Source: Bdellovibrionales bacterium (GTDB lineage: Bacteria; Bdellovibrionota; Bdellovibrionia; Bdellovibrionales; UBA1609). Taken from it: a DNA stretch of 64,000 bases. Below, in pieces: positions 50,720 to 60,954 of this stretch. Where the stretch lies: NCBI GenBank assembly GCA_965200875.1, contig OZ241456.1, positions 512,001 to 576,000 on the forward strand. The letters run 5' to 3'. Positions within the stretch are counted from its first letter, which is position 1. Each line of letters opens with the position of its first letter. The position numbers and the translations under genes are program-made. Under the pieces are notes generated by a model. The model searched no databases. It saw only the letters and a list, made by a program, of their open reading frames with translations, and had not been told where the DNA came from.

Positions 50720-50820
50720 AACTGATCTCAAGGGTTTGATATCGCCAAACACGATTTTTACGGGAGAATTGGCAAACGTATTATCTTAAGAGGCCCGTAA
50801 AAAAGAGTATTTATATGTAC

Positions 50821-50939
50821 AGCTTATTTGCTCATACCTCACCGCTCGGTTTCAAACATGCGTTTTGCCACACACGCGTCTTTCAGTCGAGGTGTGCTCA
50901 AATCCGAACTCGCCTCGCGTTGGGTATGAGCAATAAGCT
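50821..50939. repeat. About 120-nt GC-richer palindromic element (REP/MITE-like or structured RNA)
   Basis: Terminal stem AGCTTATTTGCTCATACC / GGTATGAGCAATAAGCT; the core recurs inverted at 52870-52901. Confidence 0.6.
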
Positions 50940-51464
50940 TTTTACATTTTTTCGGCAAACAAAGTGTTTCGTTATAAAACTTTGCAAGTATTTTCCCAAC
51001 TAACAAGTGGCTCGTGAAAAAGCCAAGTTGTTGATTTTTCAGTCCCTTGAAAACGGAAATTTTGTTGAGTTTTAGGCAAATGTTCCATCCATTTTCCTTA
51101 AAAAAATGTACTTTTTCGCGCCTGATTAAAAAGTGATCATAATGTGTTAAAAACTTTTTCACAGGGGATTATCTTAGAGAGTGTAAAATTTACATATATT
51201 CATATTTATTTCCATAAAGCTTGTTTTTTTAAGGGCAGGGTCTTGTCATTGATTCCAGTTTTGTATTATAAAGGTGTAATAGTATTTTCTTGAAAAATAT
51301 TTATTTGGGATATCCAAAAACTTTGAATCCACAGGTTGTGATGGTTCAGACAGTATGATACTCCAGCGGACTTGCTTTTATGCTTTGGGTTCAAAATTGC
51401 AGGATATATCACAATAAATGTTGTGGGTTTACTGGAGCTTTTAAAGTATAAAGAACTACAACAG

Positions 51465-51790
51465 TATGGAAAACAAGCAACATTGAGCTCTGGAAAAAAG
51501 CAAGAAGTATTAAGAATTTTTGAATGAAAGCTGGGAAACAGCAAGAAACATAAACAAGCAACATAAGAATTTTTGAATGAAAGCTGGGAAACATGCAGGA
51601 AACAAGGTTTAATGAGAACTGGTCAAAAACAAGCAACATAAGGTTGAATGAAAGCTGGGAAACAGCAAGAAACATAAACAAGCAATATGAGGTTTGAAAA
51701 ACATCAAAAAAAATGAAAGCTGGAAAAACATCAAAAAAAACAAAAATTAGGAACAAAACAAACAAAAAATCTATAAGGAGGAAACAAAGA
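51465..51790 (+). repeat. A-rich imperfect repeat tract with GCTG-GGAAA-CAGC hairpins
   Basis: TGAATGAAAGCTGGGAAACA at 51521, 51574, 51645 and a variant near 51712; AAACAAGCAA four times. Confidence 0.85.
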
Positions 51791-52749
51791 TGAGAACAGG
51801 AAACAATGTGTATGTAAATGGTTGTACAAATTCAGGTGCTGGTAAAAGAGCGGGTGGTCTTGGAGATACCCACTTAATTGGTTGGGCTTTTTCTCGTTTG
51901 ATTGTTACAAATCTTTTGAAAATTGTTGGTTTGTCTTTGTCGTTGGTGCTTTTTTCCTTAAATGTTTTCGCTGAGATGAATTTTTTTACCTGTCATGACA
52001 TGACTCAGCAGAGCTATGACGAGTATAAACTTGTTTATGAAGATGATCCGGGCAATGTGAGAAAAACTTACAGCATGAGTGTGAAGGCAATTTGTGTAGG
52101 GAAAATGGCTGAGGGTATGACTTTGTTGGAGCGATCTTCTGCCGGAGGGCATGTGGTAGGTTCTTTCTATATGGCTGTTTATTATAAAACAGATAAGACT
52201 TTTGATACTAACAGAGGAACAACCAGAGATCCGGAAAATTTTAATGCTTCTTTATTTTACTACAAAAGGGCAGTGGCTCAGATTGAATCCAACCCCAGCT
52301 ATCCTGAAGGCACTTACAAAAATATACCTTACATGGAAGAACATAACCAAATCAGTGTACGGGCTTTTACAATGGTACCCATGATGTATTATAGAGGGTA
52401 TAGTAACGCTATTAAGGATATACTGGGTAATGTAGATAGAGTGGTGTATATAGATACTTTGGAAGCTTTAGAAAATATGAAACAATCCAGTGAGCAGTGC
52501 CTTGCCCGGCCTTCTCTTCCTGTATGGAAAGAGAAACAAAAGCATGCTTATCAAGTGATGCAGGTGCGTTGTCAGGCCATGCGGGATTTTTCGATACAAG
52601 TTTATCCCTTAGAGCAGGAGCGAATAGGAATAGCTGAAGAGTGTGTTGATTCTTTAAAGGATTGCTCTGAGCACAATACAGTTGTTTATGATAAAATTGT
52701 TCCTTTAATAAAGAAGATGGTAAACGAATACAAATCTATTTCTCTCTGA
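51790..52749 (+). CDS. Secreted hypothetical protein, Sel1/TPR-like
   Basis: AAGGAGG RBS; hydrophobic signal ending VFA; LERSSAGGHVVGSFYMAVYY and ASLFYYKRA resemble Sel1 helices. Confidence 0.6.
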   Translation: MRTGNNVYVNGCTNSGAGKRAGGLGDTHLIGWAFSRLIVTNLLKIVGLSLSLVLFSLNVFAEMNFFTCHDMTQQSYDEYKLVYEDDPGNVRKTYSMSVKAICVGKMAEGMTLLERSSAGGHVVGSFYMAVYYKTDKTFDTNRGTTRDPENFNASLFYYKRAVAQIESNPSYPEGTYKNIPYMEEHNQISVRAFTMVPMMYYRGYSNAIKDILGNVDRVVYIDTLEALENMKQSSEQCLARPSLPVWKEKQKHAYQVMQVRCQAMRDFSIQVYPLEQERIGIAEECVDSLKDCSEHNTVVYDKIVPLIKKMVNEYKSISL

Positions 52750-53065
52750 AACTTTTAAAGAACCTGATAATGCCATTTTGAAGCTGTTTGCAAAAAACCG
52801 GCATGAGATTTGGTTTTGAGTGTGTAGTGGTTGAAAAGGTACTTGTACGACAAAACACAGCAGACGGAGCTGAAAGACGTTTGCGTGGAAAAAACGCATG
52901 TCTAATGGCCCAATTGGTGAAGTATTGATAAAAAATCGTGGATTCAGCAAAGTTCATTTACCTGCAATTAAAGCCTTGGTGCTTTGTCTGATGTTTTTTT
53001 GAAAAAAAAATTAAGAAAAAAGTGTTTTAACCGATAATATTGCTAAGCATGCTTTTTATGGGAGG

Positions 53066-54964
53066 TTGGCTATGCGTATTATCTTTTTTATGCTTTATTT
53101 TCTAAGTGTTTCATATACAGCAAGTGGTAATGATCATCCTCAGATTGGTGATGATTTACTTGACGGTGACGGTGACTCAAGAATAAAAGAAGGTATTTGT
53201 ATAACAAAAGAAGACCATTTAAAATTGAAATATAATAACAGGTCTGTACCTTCTGAGTGTAGTTGTGAGCGACACAATGACGAACAAGAGAAGGTTGAGC
53301 AATGTTTCAACACATATATTTGCAAGGAACAGTGTAAAGATTATATCAGAGAGAATGCAAATTATTGTGACAACATTCCCAACAACAGGAACAATGAGAA
53401 TGCTCTGTGCCAAGAAAGATGTGATGGAAGTAGTCCTAATTTCTCAGTACAATCTTTTTCCCAATCCAGTGATGTAACTGACTGTGTTCGAGAAAATAGA
53501 AGAAAGCTACAAGACCAGTTAGTTGAAAGCTGTCGGAGTAGAATAAACAACATTGAAAACTCTCCCCCTCATACTGGGGCAACATTGGTGTGTCCGGGTG
53601 GAGCCGGCTGTGAAAGGTATTGCCAAAGCATGGCTCAGGAAAAAAGCAATAATATTCAAGGTTGCAAAAAAGTGACAACTAAAGATGTTTTCGATCAGTG
53701 TTTGGAATTGAATAATCGGTTAAGCCATGTTCTTCCACAAAATTCTAGTCAGCTACCTCAGGGTTTTGCATGGGAAAACTGTGATCTGGGAAAAACTTGT
53801 GATCAGGAAATCCAAGTGGTTTTTAATAACACCCATACTGCGTGTGAGAATCTGAAGACACAGGCGGTTTTGTGTTGTGAGAAACCTTTGGAATGTGGTG
53901 ATGAACAAATGGCAACACTTTTTAACTCCGTGGATAAATTCAATGTACAAGGAGGAATGTCTGAAATTTGCCGGAAGGCTGGGGAGAAGTTTAGTGATGT
54001 GGGAGAAGCTGGTCGCAAGATGGCAGAACAATGCAACGCACGCTCTTCTTCTTGTTTGGAGATTTGCCGGCAGAAGATAGAAAATATCAATGTTCTTTTA
54101 CGGAATATCTGCACATTCGATTTACTGAAAGAAAGTTTTTACAATCCTGAAAGACACACTTGCAGTGGTCGGTTGATTGATAAGTATGTTCGTCTTTACA
54201 AACAACATTTGGAACCCGTGGCATTTCAATGTAAAGAAACAAGTAAAAAATCCACAGAAATAGCCAGTATGGCGTCAGAGATTTTAAAGTCTGCTTTGTC
54301 TTCCGCAAATTGTGATTTGGAGGCCAGAGCAGGTATGTCTTCGTCAGGTTCAAATACTGTTTCAGAAAAACAGCATCGTGTTCCTGAAGCGGAAAATCTG
54401 AGGGCAGGGTCTGCTGTTTCAGACAGTTCTTCTCTGAAATGGGGGGGGGCGTCAAAAACCAGCTCGGAAAGCAGTGGTGGTGGAGGTAAAGTTTCAAAGG
54501 ATACATCTTCTGCGCTTAATAATAAAGTGGGAACATTTTCAAACTCTGGAGGAGGAGGGGGTGGATGGTCTGGCTATGATTCCAATGGAGACACTTCAAA
54601 CAGTGGTTTGGCAGGTAGAGGTGTTTCCAATTATAATCAGAATAAGGGAGATATTTGGTCAAAAATGCAGGGATCATTAGGAAAAGATGTTGAACAAGAG
54701 AAAGAAGGTGAAATCCAAGTTGTTGATAAAACCAAAAGCGAGAAGGAAGGTGAAGATGCTCAGGTTTTAGAGGAGGAATTGGCGGGAGCTTTTGGGGCTG
54801 AAAATGGTCAAGGTCTTTCATGGGATAAAATAAAGCCTGATAATGTACATAAGCGTGTCAGTTCTTTTGGTTCTCTGCATGATGATATTTTTAAACGAAT
54901 TTCCGATCGTATTTTTGTTATGTGCAGTACAGATAAACTCATTGATTGCAAAGGTTTTAGGTGA
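53066..54964 (+). CDS. Secreted Cys-rich protein with a Gly/Ser-rich linker
   Basis: Signal peptide, many CxxxC pairs, low-complexity S/G tract, C-terminal HDDIFKRISDR. Confidence 0.75.
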   Translation: MAMRIIFFMLYFLSVSYTASGNDHPQIGDDLLDGDGDSRIKEGICITKEDHLKLKYNNRSVPSECSCERHNDEQEKVEQCFNTYICKEQCKDYIRENANYCDNIPNNRNNENALCQERCDGSSPNFSVQSFSQSSDVTDCVRENRRKLQDQLVESCRSRINNIENSPPHTGATLVCPGGAGCERYCQSMAQEKSNNIQGCKKVTTKDVFDQCLELNNRLSHVLPQNSSQLPQGFAWENCDLGKTCDQEIQVVFNNTHTACENLKTQAVLCCEKPLECGDEQMATLFNSVDKFNVQGGMSEICRKAGEKFSDVGEAGRKMAEQCNARSSSCLEICRQKIENINVLLRNICTFDLLKESFYNPERHTCSGRLIDKYVRLYKQHLEPVAFQCKETSKKSTEIASMASEILKSALSSANCDLEARAGMSSSGSNTVSEKQHRVPEAENLRAGSAVSDSSSLKWGGASKTSSESSGGGGKVSKDTSSALNNKVGTFSNSGGGGGGWSGYDSNGDTSNSGLAGRGVSNYNQNKGDIWSKMQGSLGKDVEQEKEGEIQVVDKTKSEKEGEDAQVLEEELAGAFGAENGQGLSWDKIKPDNVHKRVSSFGSLHDDIFKRISDRIFVMCSTDKLIDCKGFR

Positions 54965-55087
54965 AGTAATCATTTGCATAGAAGATAATAACATAATAAA
55001 GAATACAAAAAAAAGTCAGACAAAACTGAAGCCGGCAAAGACAGAAAACATTTTCTCAAGTTGTATAATCTGATTGATTAAGAAAAG

Positions 55088-56524
55088 GTGATAGCTCAAA
55101 TGGATCTTAAAATAAAAATTGATAACATTGGCAAGTTAAAAAACGCCAATATTTCTGTGCGTCCTTTAACAGTGCTGGCAGGGCCTAATAATACTGGAAA
55201 AAGTTTTTTCTCCAAAATTCTTTATTCTGTTTTTTCCTCTGTAAATACAGACCCTGTAATGGCAGAAATCCAATACCATTTAGAGGAACTAAGTAGCACT
55301 TTACATAGAATGGTTTTTATCGCGAATGGAGATACCGATGATCAAAAGAAAAATCAACAATCAACACCAATACAGTCAATAAACTCAATAGAAGAGCAGA
55401 AGATGAAACTGCATAAAGTTTTCAGTAAAAGACATTTGCTTGCTTCATTAGAAAGTTATCCTGAAATCCAGCAAATTTTAAGCGAGTTACTTAAGTTATA
55501 TAATAATTTATATAACGAATTATATTCACCTCCTGCAAACGCATCACCGGAAAGCCGAATATATGAGTCTTACAATGACACATTTAATACTATAAAAAAA
55601 CACATTACTGTCCTAGAGGAAATTAAAAACTCTCAACCTGAAAAAGCACTCTCAAATGGCTTTGGGAGGGTTCTCAGTAAGAACTTGACTGGGAATTTTC
55701 AAACCCCGTTTTTAAGATTAATAAGAGACTCGGAAAAACCAGCCACTATTAATGGAACAGGCCGGATAAACATTAAAGATCATAAAATTAATACTGATAT
55801 TTCTTTTATGGAATTGGCAAAATTACAAAATAACCAGAATGTCATATATCTGGAGTCTCCTGTTCATTGGAAACTGCGCAATGCCTTGTTAAGTGCTTCT
55901 CGGCATCCGGGCCTTTTTTCTTCCGAAAGGAAAAGTCTCCTAGTTCCGAAATATTTTAAGGATCTGAATTTGATGCTCATGGAAGAATTATCAGGTGAGA
56001 TGGCTTTTCCTGATATTTTTAATGACTTGACTAAAAAACTTATAAAAGGCCGGCTTGCTGTTGATGAATCAGGGACTTTACAGTTTAAAGAATTGAACGG
56101 AAAATCACACAAACTTCCTGTAACGGCAACTGGTATTGTGCAACTTGGCCTCCTAGCTTTATTGATAGAAAAAAAGGTCTTGGACAAAGGCACTATTCTT
56201 TTTGTTGATGAGCCTGAAACCAATTTACATCCATCTTGGCAGGTGAAAATGATGAGTATTCTTTTTAAGCTGATGAAAGCTGGTGCGCGTGTGATTATGG
56301 CTACCCACAGTGCAGATATGCTCAAGTGGTTGGAGGTGCATTTAAAAAAACACCCTGAAGACACAAAGTTAATTTCTTTGAATCAAATGATCCTTCAGGA
56401 AGATGGCACAGCTTATGTAGAATCTTCTGATGAGGATATTCCTGAACAAATTAAAACCATTAAAAAAAATCTTACAAAACCCTTTTTAGATTTATTTTTG
56501 GAGAACTGGGATAACAATACATAA
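55088..56524 (+). CDS. AAA_15/AAA_21 ABC-type ATPase
   Basis: LAGPNNTGKS, ATGIVQLG signature-like segment, FVDEPETNLHP, IMATHS. Confidence 0.92.
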   Translation: MIAQMDLKIKIDNIGKLKNANISVRPLTVLAGPNNTGKSFFSKILYSVFSSVNTDPVMAEIQYHLEELSSTLHRMVFIANGDTDDQKKNQQSTPIQSINSIEEQKMKLHKVFSKRHLLASLESYPEIQQILSELLKLYNNLYNELYSPPANASPESRIYESYNDTFNTIKKHITVLEEIKNSQPEKALSNGFGRVLSKNLTGNFQTPFLRLIRDSEKPATINGTGRINIKDHKINTDISFMELAKLQNNQNVIYLESPVHWKLRNALLSASRHPGLFSSERKSLLVPKYFKDLNLMLMEELSGEMAFPDIFNDLTKKLIKGRLAVDESGTLQFKELNGKSHKLPVTATGIVQLGLLALLIEKKVLDKGTILFVDEPETNLHPSWQVKMMSILFKLMKAGARVIMATHSADMLKWLEVHLKKHPEDTKLISLNQMILQEDGTAYVESSDEDIPEQIKTIKKNLTKPFLDLFLENWDNNT

Positions 56525-57222
56525 TGTCTGATTTAAAAACTATTGATTTATCAAAATTTGAGGAAAAAATCCATTTGGAGGGTTGCGAAGAACCTTTGAA
56601 TATCTATGCTTATCGTATGGATGGAAACCAGAAAAAGAATATACCTGAAATGGCAAAAGATGCTGATCTGGGTACTCCAACCTGTTGTGATTATTTGTAT
56701 GTTTCTAATAATAATCAGTTAGCTATTCTGATAGAGGATACCCAGTTGGTTACACACTGGAAAAACGAACAAGAGAGGTGGTTAGATTTGAATAAAGAAA
56801 AGACCGAAATCAATAGTGAAAATACAGAAAAGAAGCAGTTAGGTTCGAATAATAAAAGCAGTAATAAAACTACAGAAGAAGAACAGAAAAAAGAACGAGA
56901 AAAGGTGTGGGAGCGTATGAAACCCCAGCTTGTTAAAGAAAACTGCCTGAAAGTGTATGGAGCTTTTTTGATCTTATGTCGCTTGGCGCGCAAGTATAAA
57001 AAAATCTCTAATATATTGGATAATAAACAGTATTGGTTTTATTTTGTGATTAATGATGGAGATAATATCAAGGACAAAGGTGATATTAAGGCTTTGGAAG
57101 ATATTATGGATTTTTTCTCGAAAAAATTTGAAAAGTGTCTATTAGGTACGCTCGGTGGTGCGAAATTAGTAAAAAAAGTGAAAGTGCTTTTTCCGTCTCA
57201 TTTGAGAGAACGACTTGACTAA
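56524..57222 (+). CDS. Hypothetical partner of the ATPase, possible PD-(D/E)XK-like nuclease
   Basis: TAATG stop/start overlap; CCDYLYV...ILIEDT motif. Confidence 0.55.
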   Translation: MSDLKTIDLSKFEEKIHLEGCEEPLNIYAYRMDGNQKKNIPEMAKDADLGTPTCCDYLYVSNNNQLAILIEDTQLVTHWKNEQERWLDLNKEKTEINSENTEKKQLGSNNKSSNKTTEEEQKKEREKVWERMKPQLVKENCLKVYGAFLILCRLARKYKKISNILDNKQYWFYFVINDGDNIKDKGDIKALEDIMDFFSKKFEKCLLGTLGGAKLVKKVKVLFPSHLRERLD

Positions 57223-57279
57223 TTTTACAAAACTGAAATATTTTCCAGTGCAATAATAATATATGATAAAATAAGTCTT

Positions 57280-57918
57280 ATGAAACTAATTTATCTGCTT
57301 TGTTTCATTACCCTTACTATGTCCATTGCAAAGGCAAATGAGTGTAACACTTGGTTTGAAACTGCCAACCTCAAACCGGGAGGTGAGTGTTTGTTCAAAT
57401 GCGCAGATGAAAGCACCAATGCAAAAAACTTTCATTGTCCTGATCTGTGAGGCAAATTTTGCAAAAGTTCTCTTAAGGAACAATTTATTTTTAATATTTC
57501 CTCTTTGTATCCCGGATTGACCAAAGCGGAACGTGCCCTTGCAAGCAAGTATCCAAAAAAAATGTTGACAGGTTACAGATTGACATGGAAAGCAGAAAAA
57601 TTATGCCTCTCCCTGTTTAAAGCCAGCGGAACGAATGATGCAAGTGACGCCTGTAGGCACTTTGTGTGGGCCGGGCTTTTGTACAAAAATCTGGGACCTT
57701 TGTTTAGCGCAAAGGTGGTATATGCTCACGAGAAAGACCCAAATCAAACCAAAAAGGAAAAAGCAATGGATGAAGCCAACAATCACTTGGGTTTTCAAGT
57801 GGCGGAAAAGTTACTCACTCAAAACAATTTCAGTGAAAGTGCCTTGATAAAATCTTTTCAGGATAAACTTAAGAGCGGGCAAGTGGTTGTGTTAAAACAA
57901 AAAAGACGTTCCCTCTGA
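57280..57918 (+). pseudogene. Secreted Cys-rich DUF6973-like protein with an in-frame TGA at 57448-57450
   Basis: ATG 57280 signal peptide is in frame with the 57505 ORF; DACRHFVW...AHE...AMDEANNHLG motif. Confidence 0.75.
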
Positions 57919-57996
57919 ACTACCAAACGATTTAAATGCTTGCTATTTTCAGAAAAATCAACATATTTTTAATGAATATGACAAAGGGAGGAAAAA

Positions 57997-58431
57997 GTGA
58001 AAAAAGTAACACTGATTATCTTTGCAGGATTATTATTAACTGTGCCGGTTATGTATATAAAAGCTAAACACTTTTGGCGAGGAGAAACTATGAATCTTCA
58101 AAAAGTGTGTAAAATATGGGGAACTGCACCTTTGGATCTGGAGAAATTTAAACAAGCCACAGAAAAAGAAACAGAGGAAGAAGAATCAGCTGTACGAGCA
58201 AAGATGGCCTGCTCTCTTCTGCAAACTCAAAAAGATTATATCGATAAAGACACAACAGAAATACGAGAACTTTTTGGAGATTACACCGGACATTACTTTA
58301 TTGATATGTCCCCGGCTTACATAATTGGAGGCATTAATAAAACAGATAAAAATACTTGGCAGATTGTGTTCCTCATCAACCGTCGACAAACAATATCCCA
58401 GATCATTGTCCACAAAAACTGCTGTGATTAA
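57997..58431 (+). CDS. Exported hypothetical protein
   Basis: GGGAGG RBS, N-terminal hydrophobic helix, IRELFG motif, ends NCCD. Confidence 0.65.
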   Translation: MKKVTLIIFAGLLLTVPVMYIKAKHFWRGETMNLQKVCKIWGTAPLDLEKFKQATEKETEEEESAVRAKMACSLLQTQKDYIDKDTTEIRELFGDYTGHYFIDMSPAYIIGGINKTDKNTWQIVFLINRRQTISQIIVHKNCCD

Positions 58432-58512
58432 AACAAAGTCAGAGGGTTGATGTTCTTAGGTGTTTTATTAAGTGTTCTAATACAATTCAGTTAATCGCCC
58501 GTTGCTTTAAAG

Positions 58513-60954
58513 TTAAAAAGATCCAAAGGAAAGATGAGGCACAATAACAGATTCTCCCGGTTTAGGAGCAATTTTAAAAGCAACATATCCCGCAATCGGC
58601 CCTAAAGGGGTTTTATATCTCACACCAATGCCAGCAGATTGTCGGTAAGGCTTTGAAAAGTTTTTTCCAGAAATAGTAACAATACCTCCATCATAAAATA
58701 AAGAACCAGTAAAGTTTTTGCTGAGAGAAAATCTGAGTTCTGTTTTAAACAAAAAATAAAAAGAAGCTCGACTGAAAATCAGATCATTGGCTTTATCAAT
58801 GGGAAACTCTTTTTTATCCGGCACTCTTTCCCCTTCAATCAACCCGTCAAAACCTCTTAACGAGCTGACTCCTCCCAGGATAAAAGCTTTACTGACAGGA
58901 AATCCACCTTTTTCCGTACTGTTTATATTGGTGATAAATCCTCCGTGGATGCTATTGGCAAAAACCCATTTGTTAAAAAATGGATAAAAATCAAAGTGCT
59001 TTACTTCTGTTTTTACAAAATTGATTTCCTCTGAGGAGTTAATGATATGGAAAGGTCCTGAGTATTCAATGGAGAGCTGTGATAAAAATCCGTCAGATGC
59101 AAATAATATATTATCACGCTTATCGATCTTCAAGGATATTCCTGTTGTGGCAATATTCAAACCACTGCTACTACATAAGCCAGAGGAGTCAGCAGGATCG
59201 CCAGAACGACAATGTTCTGTTCTTTTAAACTCAGAGCGTCCCTCCCAGCTTAATACTTTCCATGTAAAATCAAGGAAATTATGAAATCTTCTGTTTAATA
59301 AAAAACTGATTTCTGTGGAGTTAACAATATCTGTCTCATTTGTGGTTTTATTGTGTGTAAAGATCTCGGATTCATTAGAGACATTAATTTGACCATTAAA
59401 TCCAGTCCCTAATAAAAAAGGTTCTGTGTAACCTACGGAAATTTGATGTTCTAGATATTCTGGTTCGGAAAGATTAATCTGTATGTACTTTGCTATACTG
59501 GATTGTAGTTTTAACCGGGAGGAAAAACTCCTTCCCGTCCCTGTTATATTTCTGTGCGAAAATTCCACAAATCCTCTGGCTGTTAAAGTCCTCTCTGTAT
59601 TGACTCCCAAGGCAAACCGAAGAGAACGCGGTTTGTTTTCCTCCACTTGGATGATAAGCGTTCTTTCTTCCGGGGTTATGTTGTCGTTTCGGGTTAATAT
59701 ATTAATCGTAGAAAAAATACCGGAATTTCTTAACTGGTTAATAGAGAGTTCTATTTTGTTCGGTGTTACAATATCCCCTTTTTTTAAATAAAGATTTTTT
59801 AATATGAAATCCCTCTTTGTACGTTTGTTTCCTTTGACGATAATATCCCCCACCTTTATTTTAACCCCTTCTGTAAGATTAAAATGTAAAATAGCTGTGG
59901 ATTCTTTTCTGTTGAGCTGAAGAATTTTTTCTGTATCGTTTAATGTCATTTCAATAAATCCTTCATTTCTGTAAAAGTTTGTCAGAACCTGAATATCGTG
60001 CTCCAAATCATTAATATTCAAACCTGCGTGATTTTTTATCTTTAATAAACGCCGGAGTTTTTGATCGGAAAAATATTTATTACCTTCAAAATTTATAGCT
60101 TTTACTGTGGTGAGTGGGCCTTCATTCAACAAAACATCAATAAGAACTTTATCAGGAGAAGAATTGATGATTCTCGCGTGTGCAGTGGCTTTTAAATATC
60201 CTTCGTTTTTCAGAGCATTAATGAGATTTTTTAATCCTGCTTGAATATCAGCATTATAGAATATTTTTTTTTGAATCAAAGATCCACTGTAGTCACTTAA
60301 GAAATTAATATAATAGCTGTCTTTTCTTGAAAACTGCCCGAATATTTTTATCTGCTCTATTTTTGTTTGTGATCCCTCTTTAATGGAGAGCACAACAGTT
60401 TTCAGGAAATGTTTATTGTCTGTTTTAGTTTTTTGGTGGATCACTTGAGTATTCATATATCCTTTTTTTAAATAGGAAGTTTTAATATGGGATATTATTT
60501 TTCTAACAAGTTGATTGTTATTAAAATATTTTTGATATGTTTTTTTGGATAAAAGTTGGTAACTGTCAAAAATTGTATTTCCTTTCAAAATAAATCCATA
60601 CTTGTAGGGATTGTTAATAGTGTAGGAAATATCTGCTTTTTTGTTACCAAGAGAAAAAGAAGGACCTTCCAGATCCGGCAGGAGAATTTTTTTGGTTTTT
60701 AATGTATCCAGTATTTCATTGCGTATTTTACGGTCTAATTCATTGGAAAACACTTGATTTTTGTATTTGAAAATTTTTTTGACAATATCATTTTTTAATT
60801 TTTTATTATCAGTTTTAATATCAATATTCAATATAATCGTTCTTGGTTTTTCTGCGTTTTTTTCTGAAAGGCTACCCGTTTTTGAAACCACAGAAAAATG
60901 AAAGAAAAACCATGATGATACAGCCAGAAAAACCAGCATTTTTTTAGAAATCAA
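58513..60954 (-). CDS. BamA/TamA (Omp85) outer membrane protein with POTRA domains
   Basis: POTRA-like INFEGN and IIVKGNKRT, LGGVSSLRGF, GIGVRYKTPLGPI, terminal Phe. Confidence 0.92.
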   Translation of the reverse strand: MISKKMLVFLAVSSWFFFHFSVVSKTGSLSEKNAEKPRTIILNIDIKTDNKKLKNDIVKKIFKYKNQVFSNELDRKIRNEILDTLKTKKILLPDLEGPSFSLGNKKADISYTINNPYKYGFILKGNTIFDSYQLLSKKTYQKYFNNNQLVRKIISHIKTSYLKKGYMNTQVIHQKTKTDNKHFLKTVVLSIKEGSQTKIEQIKIFGQFSRKDSYYINFLSDYSGSLIQKKIFYNADIQAGLKNLINALKNEGYLKATAHARIINSSPDKVLIDVLLNEGPLTTVKAINFEGNKYFSDQKLRRLLKIKNHAGLNINDLEHDIQVLTNFYRNEGFIEMTLNDTEKILQLNRKESTAILHFNLTEGVKIKVGDIIVKGNKRTKRDFILKNLYLKKGDIVTPNKIELSINQLRNSGIFSTINILTRNDNITPEERTLIIQVEENKPRSLRFALGVNTERTLTARGFVEFSHRNITGTGRSFSSRLKLQSSIAKYIQINLSEPEYLEHQISVGYTEPFLLGTGFNGQINVSNESEIFTHNKTTNETDIVNSTEISFLLNRRFHNFLDFTWKVLSWEGRSEFKRTEHCRSGDPADSSGLCSSSGLNIATTGISLKIDKRDNILFASDGFLSQLSIEYSGPFHIINSSEEINFVKTEVKHFDFYPFFNKWVFANSIHGGFITNINSTEKGGFPVSKAFILGGVSSLRGFDGLIEGERVPDKKEFPIDKANDLIFSRASFYFLFKTELRFSLSKNFTGSLFYDGGIVTISGKNFSKPYRQSAGIGVRYKTPLGPIAGYVAFKIAPKPGESVIVPHLSFGSF

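Noticed and set aside
51266..51765. Hydrophobic minus-strand ORFs of 92 and 118 aa
   Set aside because: By-products of the T-rich reverse strand of the repeat tract
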